Shown in pieces: positions 27,916 through 36,617 of a DNA stretch of 64,000 nt. The position numbers and the translations under genes were made by a program. Under the pieces are notes generated by a model. It saw only the letters and a program-made list of their open reading frames with translations. It did no database searches and had not been told where the DNA came from. The stretch lies in assembly GCA_038562375.1 (NCBI GenBank), contig JBCFAY010000006.1, forward strand, positions 31,658-95,657. The letters run 5' to 3'. The first letter of the stretch is position 1. The number at the start of each line of letters is the position of its first letter. The DNA comes from Bacillota bacterium. Lineage in GTDB: Bacteria; Bacillota; Clostridia; Christensenellales; CAG-138.

Positions 27916-28009
27916 CAGAAGACCGTAGAGTTGCACACTTTCCCGCGTCCGTCCTTGAAAATGGTACGCTATACTTTTGTGGTCATTAAAACCTCCACCT
28001 CATTTAGTC

Positions 28010-28330
28010 TTAAAACGTAACTATCTTGTCCGCCCATTCTACCATTTGAACACAATCGATCATTGTAGATATAGGACAAGCATCTGATCCTTCCATTTTA
28101 CGGGATTTCAGACAGGTGCCACAGGCCAAAATTTCCCCGCCAACTTCAATAAATGCTTTCAGTTGTCCGGCTACATCAAATTTTTCATGGGTGAGTTCTT
28201 CGCATTCAACAGCTTCTCCCATTAGAAAAACTTTGACTTCGTGGTTTTGCTTTTTCGCCGTTGTTGCAAAACGCAGCGCATTCCACGCCTTTTCGAATTC
28301 CTTTGTTTCGAGTATTATTCCAATTTTCAT
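28010..28330 (-). CDS. DsrE/DsrF-like family small protein
   Basis: 106 aa. 'KIGIILETKEFEKAWNALRFA...VKVFLMGEAV...ILACGTCL' is the typical DsrE-fold pattern. Confidence 0.6.
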   Translation of the reverse strand: MKIGIILETKEFEKAWNALRFATTAKKQNHEVKVFLMGEAVECEELTHEKFDVAGQLKAFIEVGGEILACGTCLKSRKMEGSDACPISTMIDCVQMVEWADKIVTF

Positions 28331-28353
28331 AGTATATATTTCCTTCCTTGTTA

Positions 28354-28659
28354 TTAACGAGATTTAAACTGAACTCCCATAAGTCTTGCTCCTGTACGGG
28401 TTTCCATCGATAACAAGGCCGGTTCAGTAATGAATACATTATTCTCTTTTAGTATGGTCGACTCATCGTTTTTTCTTAACAGCACTTCACCTTTTACAAC
28501 ATAAAACATGACGAAGGAATCCATCATACACTCTGGTATTTTCTGTTCTGGCTCCAATACAATCACTCTGGTCTTAAACAAATTATTTTCGAAAAAAACG
28601 TTAACATTTCTTTTCTCATATCCCTCGGCTTCCAATCTCATTAAATCGAAAATTTCCAT
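28354..28659 (-). CDS. Cupin-domain protein
   Basis: 101 aa with the beta-barrel pattern 'RVIVLEPEQKIPECMMDSFVMFYVVKGEVLL'. Confidence 0.6.
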   Translation of the reverse strand: MEIFDLMRLEAEGYEKRNVNVFFENNLFKTRVIVLEPEQKIPECMMDSFVMFYVVKGEVLLRKNDESTILKENNVFITEPALLSMETRTGARLMGVQFKSR

Positions 28660-28760
28660 ATCGCATTTCCTACTTTCCCGATATAATTACCGTTGCCATG
28701 TGATAATGGAATTACCCCATTGGGTCTTATCTTTATCCCAATGGGGCAGCCACCCAATAT

Positions 28761-30389
28761 TTAATTCATAAACAGTTCGATATCTCCCTCTACTGTGTCG
28801 ATACCCGCAATTCCAAACTTCTCGACAAGCACCTTTGCCACATTTGGCGATAGGAATCCAGGCAGCGTTGGCCCAAGATGAATGTTCTTTACGCCCAGAT
28901 ATAAAAGCGCCAGCAGAACAATAACGGCCTTTTGCTCATACCATGCGATATTGAAAGCGATAGGCAACTGGTTAATGTCATCAAGGCCGAACACCTCTTT
29001 AAGCTTAAGCGCAATGACAGCCAGGGAATAGGAGTCATTACACTGCCCGGCATCCAATACACGCGGGATGCCGCCGATATCGCCAAGCTTCAGCTTATTG
29101 TAACGATATTTAGCGCAACCAGCTGTCATGATAACCGTATCTTTTGGAAGCTTATTCGCAAAATCGGTATAATAATCCCTTGATTTCATCCTGCCATCAC
29201 AGCCAGCCATAACAAAGAATTTTTTAATAGCACCGGATTTGACTGCTTCGACAACCTTATCGGCAAGCGCAATCACCTGATTGTGTGCAAAACCGCCCAC
29301 GATGCTGCCTGTTTCAATCTCATCAGGCGCGGAGAGCGTTTTAGCAAGCGCGATAACCTTAGAAAAGTCCTTCTTACCGTTAGCATCGGCCTCAATATGC
29401 TGACATCCGGGATAACCCGCTGAGTTTGTCGTGAAAATACGGTTTCTGACTTCCTCGCTCTTTGGCGGGACGATGCAATTGGTAGTAAACAGAATTGGCC
29501 CATGGAAAGATTCGAACTCACCGACCTGCTTCCACCACGCATTGCCATAGTTACCCACAAAGTTGTCATACTTCTTGAACGCAGGATAATAATGCGCTGG
29601 AAGCATTTCACTGTGGGTGTAGACGTCCACGCCAGTCCCTTTTGTCTGCTCAAGTAATTGCTCAAGATCGGTTAAATCGTGTCCGGAGATTAAAATGGCC
29701 GGATTCTTGCGCACGCCGATATTTACCTCAGTGATTTCCGGGTTACCGTATTTTGAGGTGTTGGCTTCATCTAAAAGTGCCATCGCCTTTACGCCATTTT
29801 CGCCGGTCTTCAGCGTCAATGCAACCAGATCATCGGCAGTAAGCTTGCTGTCTAGTGTTGCTGCAAGCGCTTCATAAATAAACGCATAAATTTCAAGGTT
29901 TTTCTTACCAAGGTTCAGCGCATGCTCAGCATAAGCTGCCATGCCCTTGAGGCCATAAGTGATCATCTCACGCAGAGAACGGACATCTTCATTTTCGGTG
30001 GACAATACACCAATACTTGACGCCTTTACAAGCATGGCTTCTCTGGTATCCACATTAAAGCTCGCGGCATCGTGCAGATCAGTTGCGTTTACTGTTTTTT
30101 TCAGCTCATCTCTCAGAGAAAGGACTTTTTTTATTTGGGCTTCAATTGACGCATCGTCAAAGTTAGCGTTGGTTATGGTCATAAATAAACTATTCAGCAC
30201 CTGATGATTGGCATCATGCAGATTGGCGATATCAAGCTTTCCTTTCACCACAATTTCTGATACACCTTTTAGTGTGTATATCAGTAAATCCTGCAATTTG
30301 GCAACTTCTTCAGTCTTTCCACATACGCCACGGACTTCACAGCCGGTTCCTCTGGCCGTTTCCTGACATTGAAAACAAAACATGCTCAT
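28761..30389 (-). CDS. hcp: Hybrid-cluster protein / hydroxylamine reductase
   Basis: N-terminal '[23 protein letters not shown]' and a full-length 542-aa match to remembered Hcp features ('GHDL','NCIVPP','AGCDG','DAGQCNDSY'). Confidence 0.95.
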   Translation of the reverse strand: MSMFCFQCQETARGTGCEVRGVCGKTEEVAKLQDLLIYTLKGVSEIVVKGKLDIANLHDANHQVLNSLFMTITNANFDDASIEAQIKKVLSLRDELKKTVNATDLHDAASFNVDTREAMLVKASSIGVLSTENEDVRSLREMITYGLKGMAAYAEHALNLGKKNLEIYAFIYEALAATLDSKLTADDLVALTLKTGENGVKAMALLDEANTSKYGNPEITEVNIGVRKNPAILISGHDLTDLEQLLEQTKGTGVDVYTHSEMLPAHYYPAFKKYDNFVGNYGNAWWKQVGEFESFHGPILFTTNCIVPPKSEEVRNRIFTTNSAGYPGCQHIEADANGKKDFSKVIALAKTLSAPDEIETGSIVGGFAHNQVIALADKVVEAVKSGAIKKFFVMAGCDGRMKSRDYYTDFANKLPKDTVIMTAGCAKYRYNKLKLGDIGGIPRVLDAGQCNDSYSLAVIALKLKEVFGLDDINQLPIAFNIAWYEQKAVIVLLALLYLGVKNIHLGPTLPGFLSPNVAKVLVEKFGIAGIDTVEGDIELFMN

Positions 30390-30410
30390 CTTAAATTTCC
30401 TCCAAAATAT

Positions 30411-30575
30411 TTACTCTTCTATAAGTTCAAAATCGTCTTTCCCCACAAAACAGATCGGGCAAACCCAATCTTCCGGGATGTCTTCAAAGGATGTTCCGGG
30501 AACGATTCCGCTGTCCGGGTCACCTTGCTCAGGATCATAAATGTAGCTACAAGGGATGCATCTGTATTTTTTCAT
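30411..30575 (-). CDS. Rubredoxin
   Basis: 54 aa '[20 protein letters not shown]...[13 protein letters not shown]' with CxxC...CPxC. GGAGGAG lies before the ATG. Confidence 0.95.
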   Translation of the reverse strand: MKKYRCIPCSYIYDPEQGDPDSGIVPGTSFEDIPEDWVCPICFVGKDDFELIEE

Positions 30576-30606
30576 TTGTCTCCTCCTAAAATATTTGTAG
30601 CCGCCG

Positions 30607-30921
30607 TTACTGCTTGGGTGCGGGCGCTTTGACAACAATAAGTTCCAAGACTTCTTCACTTAAGTTTTTTACATTCATCTTGGTTTTGAAGGGAATCTTA
30701 AGAAGCGTACTCTTTTCATATTCATGGATTTCCTGATCGTCAAGACCGATAGAAAGCTTTCCTCTTACTACCGTCATATATACGTTAGAGTTTGAGAAGT
30801 GCTCCGGCAAACCCTCATTCTTATTAAACACCATATGTAGATAATGGATGTTGTCATCATAGATCACTTTTTCAACTGCTTTATCATCTGTTACCGATAA
30901 TTTAAAAATTTGTTCAACCAT
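30607..30921 (-). CDS. Cupin-domain protein
   Basis: 104 aa. '[33 protein letters not shown]'. Confidence 0.6.
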   Translation of the reverse strand: MVEQIFKLSVTDDKAVEKVIYDDNIHYLHMVFNKNEGLPEHFSNSNVYMTVVRGKLSIGLDDQEIHEYEKSTLLKIPFKTKMNVKNLSEEVLELIVVKAPAPKQ

Positions 30922-31118
30922 TTTTCTCTCCCCTTTTATTAAAAAAATACAGTATAGTTCGGTATTATATTATCATGTTTTCTGTATCCGTTGTTAGCTT
31001 TCTGAGCATTGCTATTAAAAATAGTATCAAATCATTAACGTCAACATGTAAGAATGATTAAATCCCCCAATCCCCAAGCATTTAGAGACGGGGGGTATTA
31101 TCACATCATATTGGGTTG

Positions 31119-31802
31119 CTATAATTCTATTGTCGGTGGTTCTCCGGGTACATCCTTAATTGATTTCGGCACATTAATCTTTCTCCCGTATGTTATTGCC
31201 GATTTTGGACAGACAGCCGCGCAATCAGTACATTGGAGACATAGCCTCCGGTCTATCACTGCTTTTTTGTCTTCTTTCTGAACAGCAATAGATTCGGATG
31301 GGCAGGTCTTCTCGCACAGCCTGCAGCCGATACAGGATTCTTTGTCTACCTTTTTTGTGAGTAGGGCAAACCTACCGAAGGTTCTTTGCAATGCGCCAAA
31401 CGGGCAAACCAAGTTATGGAATACTTCCGGCTTATATCTTAGCGTCACAAGCACAGAGATAACCAGCCATATGGGCAGTATCGGCAGATTGATGTGCAGA
31501 AGCTTTTGGGATAAAAGCATAGCTGCTGCACTGACAAGAAGGAATGCCCACGCAAACACTCCGTTTTTTAGCCACTTTGGTTTATTATTAGTTTGAAGCT
31601 TTAGTTTTTTTGAGAGCCATTCAGCAGGGATCATCAGCGTATGCATCGGGCAGACATATCCGCAATACACCCTGCCGAAGAATAATGCCGCTATCAGGCT
31701 CACCGCAAACAGCGCAAGCCACAGCAACATATTACCTGTGACGATAAGAAATATAAACAACCCCAAAAACAGTACCCTTATGATCGCAACATTCCATTTC
31801 AT
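31119..31802 (-). CDS. NapH/MauN-like membrane ferredoxin (4 TM plus 2x[4Fe-4S])
   Basis: 'GRVYCGYVCPMHTL', 'LVCPFGALQ', 'CIGCRLCEKTCP', 'CLQCTDCAAVCP'. Confidence 0.8.
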   Translation of the reverse strand: MKWNVAIIRVLFLGLFIFLIVTGNMLLWLALFAVSLIAALFFGRVYCGYVCPMHTLMIPAEWLSKKLKLQTNNKPKWLKNGVFAWAFLLVSAAAMLLSQKLLHINLPILPIWLVISVLVTLRYKPEVFHNLVCPFGALQRTFGRFALLTKKVDKESCIGCRLCEKTCPSESIAVQKEDKKAVIDRRLCLQCTDCAAVCPKSAITYGRKINVPKSIKDVPGEPPTIEL

Positions 31803-32542
31803 GATATTTCCCCCTTCATTGCTTTTTCAAAAATAATGGCTTTGGTTGGACACTTTTGTGCCGATTCCATCACAGCCTTGACTGCTTCTTTATTGTCCGG
31901 TGATGCCTTAACACAGGCCTTGTTGTTTTTCATTTCATAGTATTCTGGCAGTATTTCAGCGCATAAGCCACAGCCTACGCAGTATTCTTCCTTTACACTA
32001 AAGACATCCGTTTGTTTGTTTAACTCAATACCCGGCATATCTTTCTTTTTCACAAAAATTGCTGTTAAATACGCCATCACAAATATACAAACAACTGTGA
32101 GTATCCACCGTACAACCATGAAATCCACGCCAAGGAACTTAGCTTCGTTGGCCAACATAGGTACTTTTATCACCGCCCACGAACTTAAGATAATAACAAT
32201 GTTTCTTACACTTGCGCCTTTTGAAAGCAGCGATTTGCTGATCGGAAAAGCGGCATAAATAGGGCCAGCAGAAATGCTTCCTAGGAGCAACGAAAGCAGA
32301 TTACCTTTAAAACCTGATTTTTCTCCAAAGCCCCGCATAATCAGCTCTTTTGGTACCCATGCTTCAATCACCACAGTGAGAAGGAATATAACAGGAAGTA
32401 CCTGTAGCATTTCAACGAGATAGTAGACACTGTTTCCAACCGATTTCATGGCAGTTTGAGGAGCCGCAATAAAAATAATTCCATATGCCAGTGCTACAAG
32501 TACAAGCAGCTTGTTTTTCTTTAATATATTTAATGCTTTCAT
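31799..32542 (-). CDS. Split permease subunit (PF03773/two-component permease type) fused to a C-terminal single-cluster ferredoxin domain
   Basis: TM core with 'LLGSISAGPIYAAFP'. C-terminus 'YCVGCGLCAEILPEYYE...AQKCPTKAI'. 4-nt overlaps on both sides. Confidence 0.7.
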   Translation of the reverse strand: MKALNILKKNKLLVLVALAYGIIFIAAPQTAMKSVGNSVYYLVEMLQVLPVIFLLTVVIEAWVPKELIMRGFGEKSGFKGNLLSLLLGSISAGPIYAAFPISKSLLSKGASVRNIVIILSSWAVIKVPMLANEAKFLGVDFMVVRWILTVVCIFVMAYLTAIFVKKKDMPGIELNKQTDVFSVKEEYCVGCGLCAEILPEYYEMKNNKACVKASPDNKEAVKAVMESAQKCPTKAIIFEKAMKGEIS

Positions 32543-33021
32543 AAGATTACCCCCATTACCAGAGCGATCACAACCGCAAAGCCAAAACTCAAGATGTTTC
32601 TGGTTAGTGAAAATTTAGTACCGAACTCTTTTTTTTCAAGCGGAAATGTGACAACCCCCACCATAGTCAATGTGGTGAGAAACGCAACTGCGGGTATTAT
32701 ACTGGCACCCGCATCGACCAAAGACCCTACCAGCGGAAAGGCTACAAACGCTGGAATTAACGTGATACTACCTACTAATGCCCCCACGATCGTGGATAAA
32801 AAGGTGTTTGCTGAGCCCAGCGCGGACTTTATGGTTTCCGGCGGTATCAGAGTAAGCAATAGTCCAATCAAAAATATGATGGCGATGATTTCTCCCAGCA
32901 TGTTACCCATCATGCTCTTAGACTTTTTCATTGCCGCAAAGGTTTTCTTCTTGTTTTTTATGATTGAAACCACGGTTAAACCAACCGCAATGATTAGAAA
33001 TATAAGCGTAAAAATGTCCAC
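32539..33021 (-). CDS. Split permease subunit (partner half)
   Basis: 160 aa, polytopic. 'GALVGSITLIPAFVAFPLVGSLVDAG' parallels the motif in the neighbouring gene. Confidence 0.7.
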   Translation of the reverse strand: MDIFTLIFLIIAVGLTVVSIIKNKKKTFAAMKKSKSMMGNMLGEIIAIIFLIGLLLTLIPPETIKSALGSANTFLSTIVGALVGSITLIPAFVAFPLVGSLVDAGASIIPAVAFLTTLTMVGVVTFPLEKKEFGTKFSLTRNILSFGFAVVIALVMGVIL

Positions 33022-33080
33022 AGAATTCCTCCCAATACTTGATAATATCTATACTATAAGACTATAATGAAAAAAATGGC

Positions 33081-33094
33081 GTTACCAAGGTAAC
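33081..33094. promoter_or_regulatory. Perfect FNR/CRP-class palindrome GTTAC-N4-GTAAC
   Basis: GTTACCAAGGTAAC lies in the divergent gap between the permease operon and the Crp/Fnr gene. Its centre is ~66 nt upstream of the permease start codon. Confidence 0.5.
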
Positions 33095-33115
33095 ACACAA
33101 GGGAGAAATTTTAGC

Positions 33116-33769
33116 TTGAATCATAATTTTAAACTTTTACAGGACGCGACTTTGCTTAAAGGGTTGCAACTTGAAGACATACAAGCCTATGTAAACGAAG
33201 GTAGGTTCCGGTTCGTTTCATATAAGAAAAACACTGTTATTCATTTTGAGGGAGAGCCATGCACCAGTCTGGAAATAATACTTTCCGGCAAGGTGGCAGT
33301 TGAGCGTATTGACCAGTCTGGCGGTCTGCTAACTATAGCTGAGTTTTACAGTGATGATATTTTGGGAGGCAATTTATTGTTTTCCAGAAATCCATGCTAT
33401 CCAATGACCATTACAACGCAACAGCCCTCTATAATTGTTGAGATCAAAAAAGATCTGCTGTTTGAAATATTCTGCACTAATCCGTTTTTTTTACGAACGT
33501 ATTTGGAATATATATCAGACCATGCCTTTATTTTGGGCGATAAAATTAAGCATTATGTCAATAAGACGATACGGGAGAGTCTGATCAGTTTTCTCAAGTA
33601 TGAAAGCAAAAAGCAAAATTCGAGCCAAATCCAGCTAAATATGACCAAGAAGGTATTAGCGGAAAAGATTGGAGTGCAGCGAACATCTCTTTCAAGAGAG
33701 CTGGCTAAAATGAAAAATGATGGACTCATTTTATTTGACCCCAATTCGATAACTATTCTCAAATTATAA
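33116..33769 (+). CDS. Crp/Fnr-family transcription regulator (HcpR-like by context)
   Basis: cNMP-binding-type beta-roll and C-terminal HTH 'TKKVLAEKIGVQRTSLSRELAKMKNDGLI'. Confidence 0.85.
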   Translation: MNHNFKLLQDATLLKGLQLEDIQAYVNEGRFRFVSYKKNTVIHFEGEPCTSLEIILSGKVAVERIDQSGGLLTIAEFYSDDILGGNLLFSRNPCYPMTITTQQPSIIVEIKKDLLFEIFCTNPFFLRTYLEYISDHAFILGDKIKHYVNKTIRESLISFLKYESKKQNSSQIQLNMTKKVLAEKIGVQRTSLSRELAKMKNDGLILFDPNSITILKL

Positions 33770-33779
33770 TCAATTATAA

Positions 33780-34010
33780 TCAATCGCCCGCCTTTAGATT
33801 AATTACTTGCCCAACCTTCTCAATATAATTGATGCACTGCCATACGACCTTCTTTGACGGAGATTTCATATTCCAATGCCGCCGCTTATAAGTCGTGCCG
33901 CAAACCCCGCAGATTTCACACTCTGCACACGGAACAAACGGAAAAAGCCAAGGGTGTTCACCCGACAAACGGGAACAAGGCGACCGGGTGCATTTTGTAT
34001 CAAACTCGTG
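33780..34010 (-). pseudogene. Relic fragment of a large serine recombinase (zinc-ribbon region only)
   Basis: 'CGVCGTTYKRRHWNMKSPSKKVVWQCINYIEK' parallels 'CGDCGGFYGRKVWHSTDEYKSVIFQCNRKF' of the gene at 26344-27915. There is no catalytic N-terminus or C-terminus. Confidence 0.45.
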
Positions 34011-34019
34011 TCCTTTGCC

Positions 34020-34046
34020 AAAAGCCCCCGAATTCGGGGGCTTTTT
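34020..34046. terminator. Perfect palindromic bidirectional terminator
   Basis: AAAAGCCCCCGAATTCGGGGGCTTTT. Confidence 0.7.
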
Positions 34047-34862
34047 CATGCCCTCGACCTCCAGCCGCTTCAATATCCAATCACCTAAAACCACGGTTGC
34101 TAAGGCATTTGCTAAGGTAGCTCCATATCACACCAGGTTTCATCTGTGTATGAACAATCGAAAAGTAGCAAATATAGCCATATAGCGGGCGGTGTCAAAC
34201 AAATCGGGGCGGGGATCCAACATGAATGCATTTTGGACAAACAGCGTTTGGTATCTGATTCTAGCGGTTCTCTCGGCCACATTACTTTTATGTTATATAC
34301 AAGTCGCGCAACCGTAAACGTGATATAGGATTCTTTATGATGCACAAGCTTATTCAACCAAAATCCAAAGAAAACCTGCATTCCCCCTGAAAGGCCTTTT
34401 TATATTCCGCCCTATTACCCAAGGCCATAAAATTTCAATATTATTACCCAGAATTCGCTTAGAACAAACTGAACTGCACATTCCCCATGTCTTCGCGCGC
34501 CTGCAAACCTGGCAGCTTGCCTTTCAGTATGATATGGAGCCCATGCCCACTCTGCAAACGCTCCGTGCAGCTTTGCATTGTTCCAGAGCGGCATCTTTCT
34601 GTCAATTTCGGCAAAAAAAGCGTTAATTTCGCCATCCGTACTCCACGGTCCCCTTTGTCTGCTAAGATGATCATGGAGGAATATACATGCATTACCGGCC
34701 GAATAGGAAACGATTTATCGGCAGTCTTTGACGAAGACCCCGCAAAAGACCGACGGCACGACGGTGAAAGCCCGGCATCCGGCAGCCCTCGTAAGGCAGC
34801 GGAAGAAACTGCGATGACGGAATCCGCCCTGAACCCGATGTAACACGAAGGAGAAAAAGCGT

Positions 34863-36617
34863 ATGAAAAACAACCGACTGCGCAAAACCCTTGCCCTGGC
34901 GCTGTGCGCGGCGCTTCTTTTGACGCTGCTGCCCGCCACGGCGCTGGCGGCGGCCGCTCCCGGCGGCACCTTGAACAGCCTGGACGAAGCCGCCGTCAAC
35001 GCCGTTTTGGGGGCCGGAAACTGGGCCGCCGCGACGACGGCGACGGCGAACGACACGGTAAAGCTTACGGCGGACATCACGCTGACAAATACGCTGACCG
35101 TGAATACGGATATGATCCTCGACCTGAACGGCCGCACCCTCTCCGGCGCCGCGGGCGCGCTCGGCAACATGGGCATAACCGCCCTTTCCGTTTCCGCCGG
35201 GCGCGTGCTGACGCTGCTGGACAGCCACGGCGGCGGCAGCGTTACCGGCGGCGTCGGCGGCGGCGGCAGCGGCGGCAGCGGCGTTACGGTTTCGGGAACG
35301 CTGAACCTGCTGGGCGGCAGCGTTACCGGCGGCGGCGGCGTCGGCGGCAGCCTCGGCGGCAGCGGCGTTACGGTTTCCGGAACGCTGAACATGCTGGGCG
35401 GCAGCGTTACCGGCGGCGGCGGCGGCAGCGGCGGCGGCAGCGGCGTTATGGTTACCGGAACGCTGAACGCGCTTGGCGGCAGTATCACCGGCGGCAGCAG
35501 CGCCAGCGGCCACGGCATTGTATTGAATTCATCAAATGCCGCCAACATCGGCCCGAACGCCGTTGTTGCCGGCAGCTTGGGCGGACACGGCGTTTTGGTT
35601 CTAAACGGGAACGTCCATAACAGCGGAATCATCTCAGGCAGCGGCAGCGCTCAAGGCGTGCTTTTAAATTCTCCGGCATTTTCACTCTACAACGACGGCA
35701 CGATCAACGGCGGCATCTCCGGCGGAACCGTCTACGGCTACACGGCAAGGCCGTCGCTTACGGCGACAACGCCCGTCGTTTTCGGCAGCGCGGATTATGG
35801 GTACGCGGCCGTCGCGGCGCAGAGCGTCTCCGTCGGGTATGACGGCGACCTCATCGCGCCCGTACAGATCACCCCGCCCGCAAGCGCTTCCTTCTCGCTC
35901 AGCGCCGGCGCCGCGGATATCATCGGGCGGTACGGATACATCCTGCCGGGAAGCAGAGCGCTTTCCTATTCCGTGGCCCCCAATACCGGCCTCGCCGTCG
36001 GAAACTACAACGAATCCCTCTGCTTCATGGGCCGCATGAATACGGCGACCTCCTCAACGGCTTCCTCGGCGGTCTCCTTTACGGTTCTGGAAACCACTTC
36101 AACCCCCCCGGACAACGGCGATTCTATTTCCCGCACACTGACGGACAGCGCCACGGGCGTCACGGTATCGGGAATCATCCAGAGAAGCGCCTCTCTGACG
36201 GTGAAGGACGTTTCCCTGCACGCGGCGGGCACCTGCGCCGCCTGCGACAAAATCCGCGCACGCATGGCGGACGACTCCTACGCGCTCCTGCTGGGCAGGG
36301 ATATTTCCCTTTCCGGCGGCTTTACCGGCCCGCTGACGATCACCTTCCCCGTGGGGAGCGGCTACAACGGCGAAACGGTGACGCTCCTGCATTGCAAGGG
36401 CGGCGTGCTGGAAACCCTTACCGCTGCGGTCAGGGACGGCAAGGCGATTTTCACCGTAACCGGCCTTTCGCCCTTCGCGGTGTTCGCGGTTTCAGGCGCG
36501 TCTACCGATATCCCGCAGACCGGCGACGGCGGCGGCTTCCCGATGTGGCTCGGCCTGTCGGCGACCGGCGCGCTGTGCGGCTGCCTGCTGTTGATCCGCA
36601 AAAAGAAAAGGGCATAG
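34863..36617 (+). CDS. Cell-wall-anchored surface protein with glycine-rich repeats (sortase substrate)
   Basis: Signal peptide 'LALALCAALLLTLLPATALA'. C-terminal 'IPQTGD', hydrophobic helix and 'RKKKRA'. Confidence 0.8.
   Translation: MKNNRLRKTLALALCAALLLTLLPATALAAAAPGGTLNSLDEAAVNAVLGAGNWAAATTATANDTVKLTADITLTNTLTVNTDMILDLNGRTLSGAAGALGNMGITALSVSAGRVLTLLDSHGGGSVTGGVGGGGSGGSGVTVSGTLNLLGGSVTGGGGVGGSLGGSGVTVSGTLNMLGGSVTGGGGGSGGGSGVMVTGTLNALGGSITGGSSASGHGIVLNSSNAANIGPNAVVAGSLGGHGVLVLNGNVHNSGIISGSGSAQGVLLNSPAFSLYNDGTINGGISGGTVYGYTARPSLTATTPVVFGSADYGYAAVAAQSVSVGYDGDLIAPVQITPPASASFSLSAGAADIIGRYGYILPGSRALSYSVAPNTGLAVGNYNESLCFMGRMNTATSSTASSAVSFTVLETTSTPPDNGDSISRTLTDSATGVTVSGIIQRSASLTVKDVSLHAAGTCAACDKIRARMADDSYALLLGRDISLSGGFTGPLTITFPVGSGYNGETVTLLHCKGGVLETLTAAVRDGKAIFTVTGLSPFAVFAVSGASTDIPQTGDGGGFPMWLGLSATGALCGCLLLIRKKKRA
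35228..35500 (+). repeat. ~84-bp (28-aa) in-frame tandem repeats, ~3.5 copies
   Basis: 'GGSVTGG(G)n...GGSGVTVSGTLN(L/M/A)LGG' repeated. Unit starts are near 35231, 35314, 35398 and 35474. Confidence 0.8.

Larger units (their letters stand above)
1..27950 (+). mobile_element. HK97-type siphovirus prophage (replication, packaging, head, tail, lysis and recombinase modules); left end lies outside the window
   Basis: Colinear same-strand phage modules with short or overlapping gene junctions. The composition breaks just after the second recombinase gene (~27.95 kb). Confidence 0.85.
27960..34450. mobile_element. AT-rich genomic island (Hcp/rubredoxin redox-stress cargo plus recombinase relic)
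   Basis: Visibly lower GC than both flanks. Bounded on the left by the prophage recombinases and on the right by a truncated serine-recombinase fragment and AT-rich junk. Confidence 0.6.

Noticed and set aside
33990-34094. N-terminal third of the listed ORF 33780-34094
   Set aside because: It runs straight through the perfect palindromic terminator at 34020-34046 and has no recombinase-like sequence. Only the 3' part is treated as a recombinase relic.
34692-35632. 273-aa and 305-aa minus-strand ORFs and a 238-aa plus-strand Arg-rich ORF over the surface protein gene
   Set aside because: They are low-complexity Ala/Pro/Arg translations of the GGC/GCC-rich glycine repeats. The 34863-36617 frame has a signal peptide and a sortase signal.
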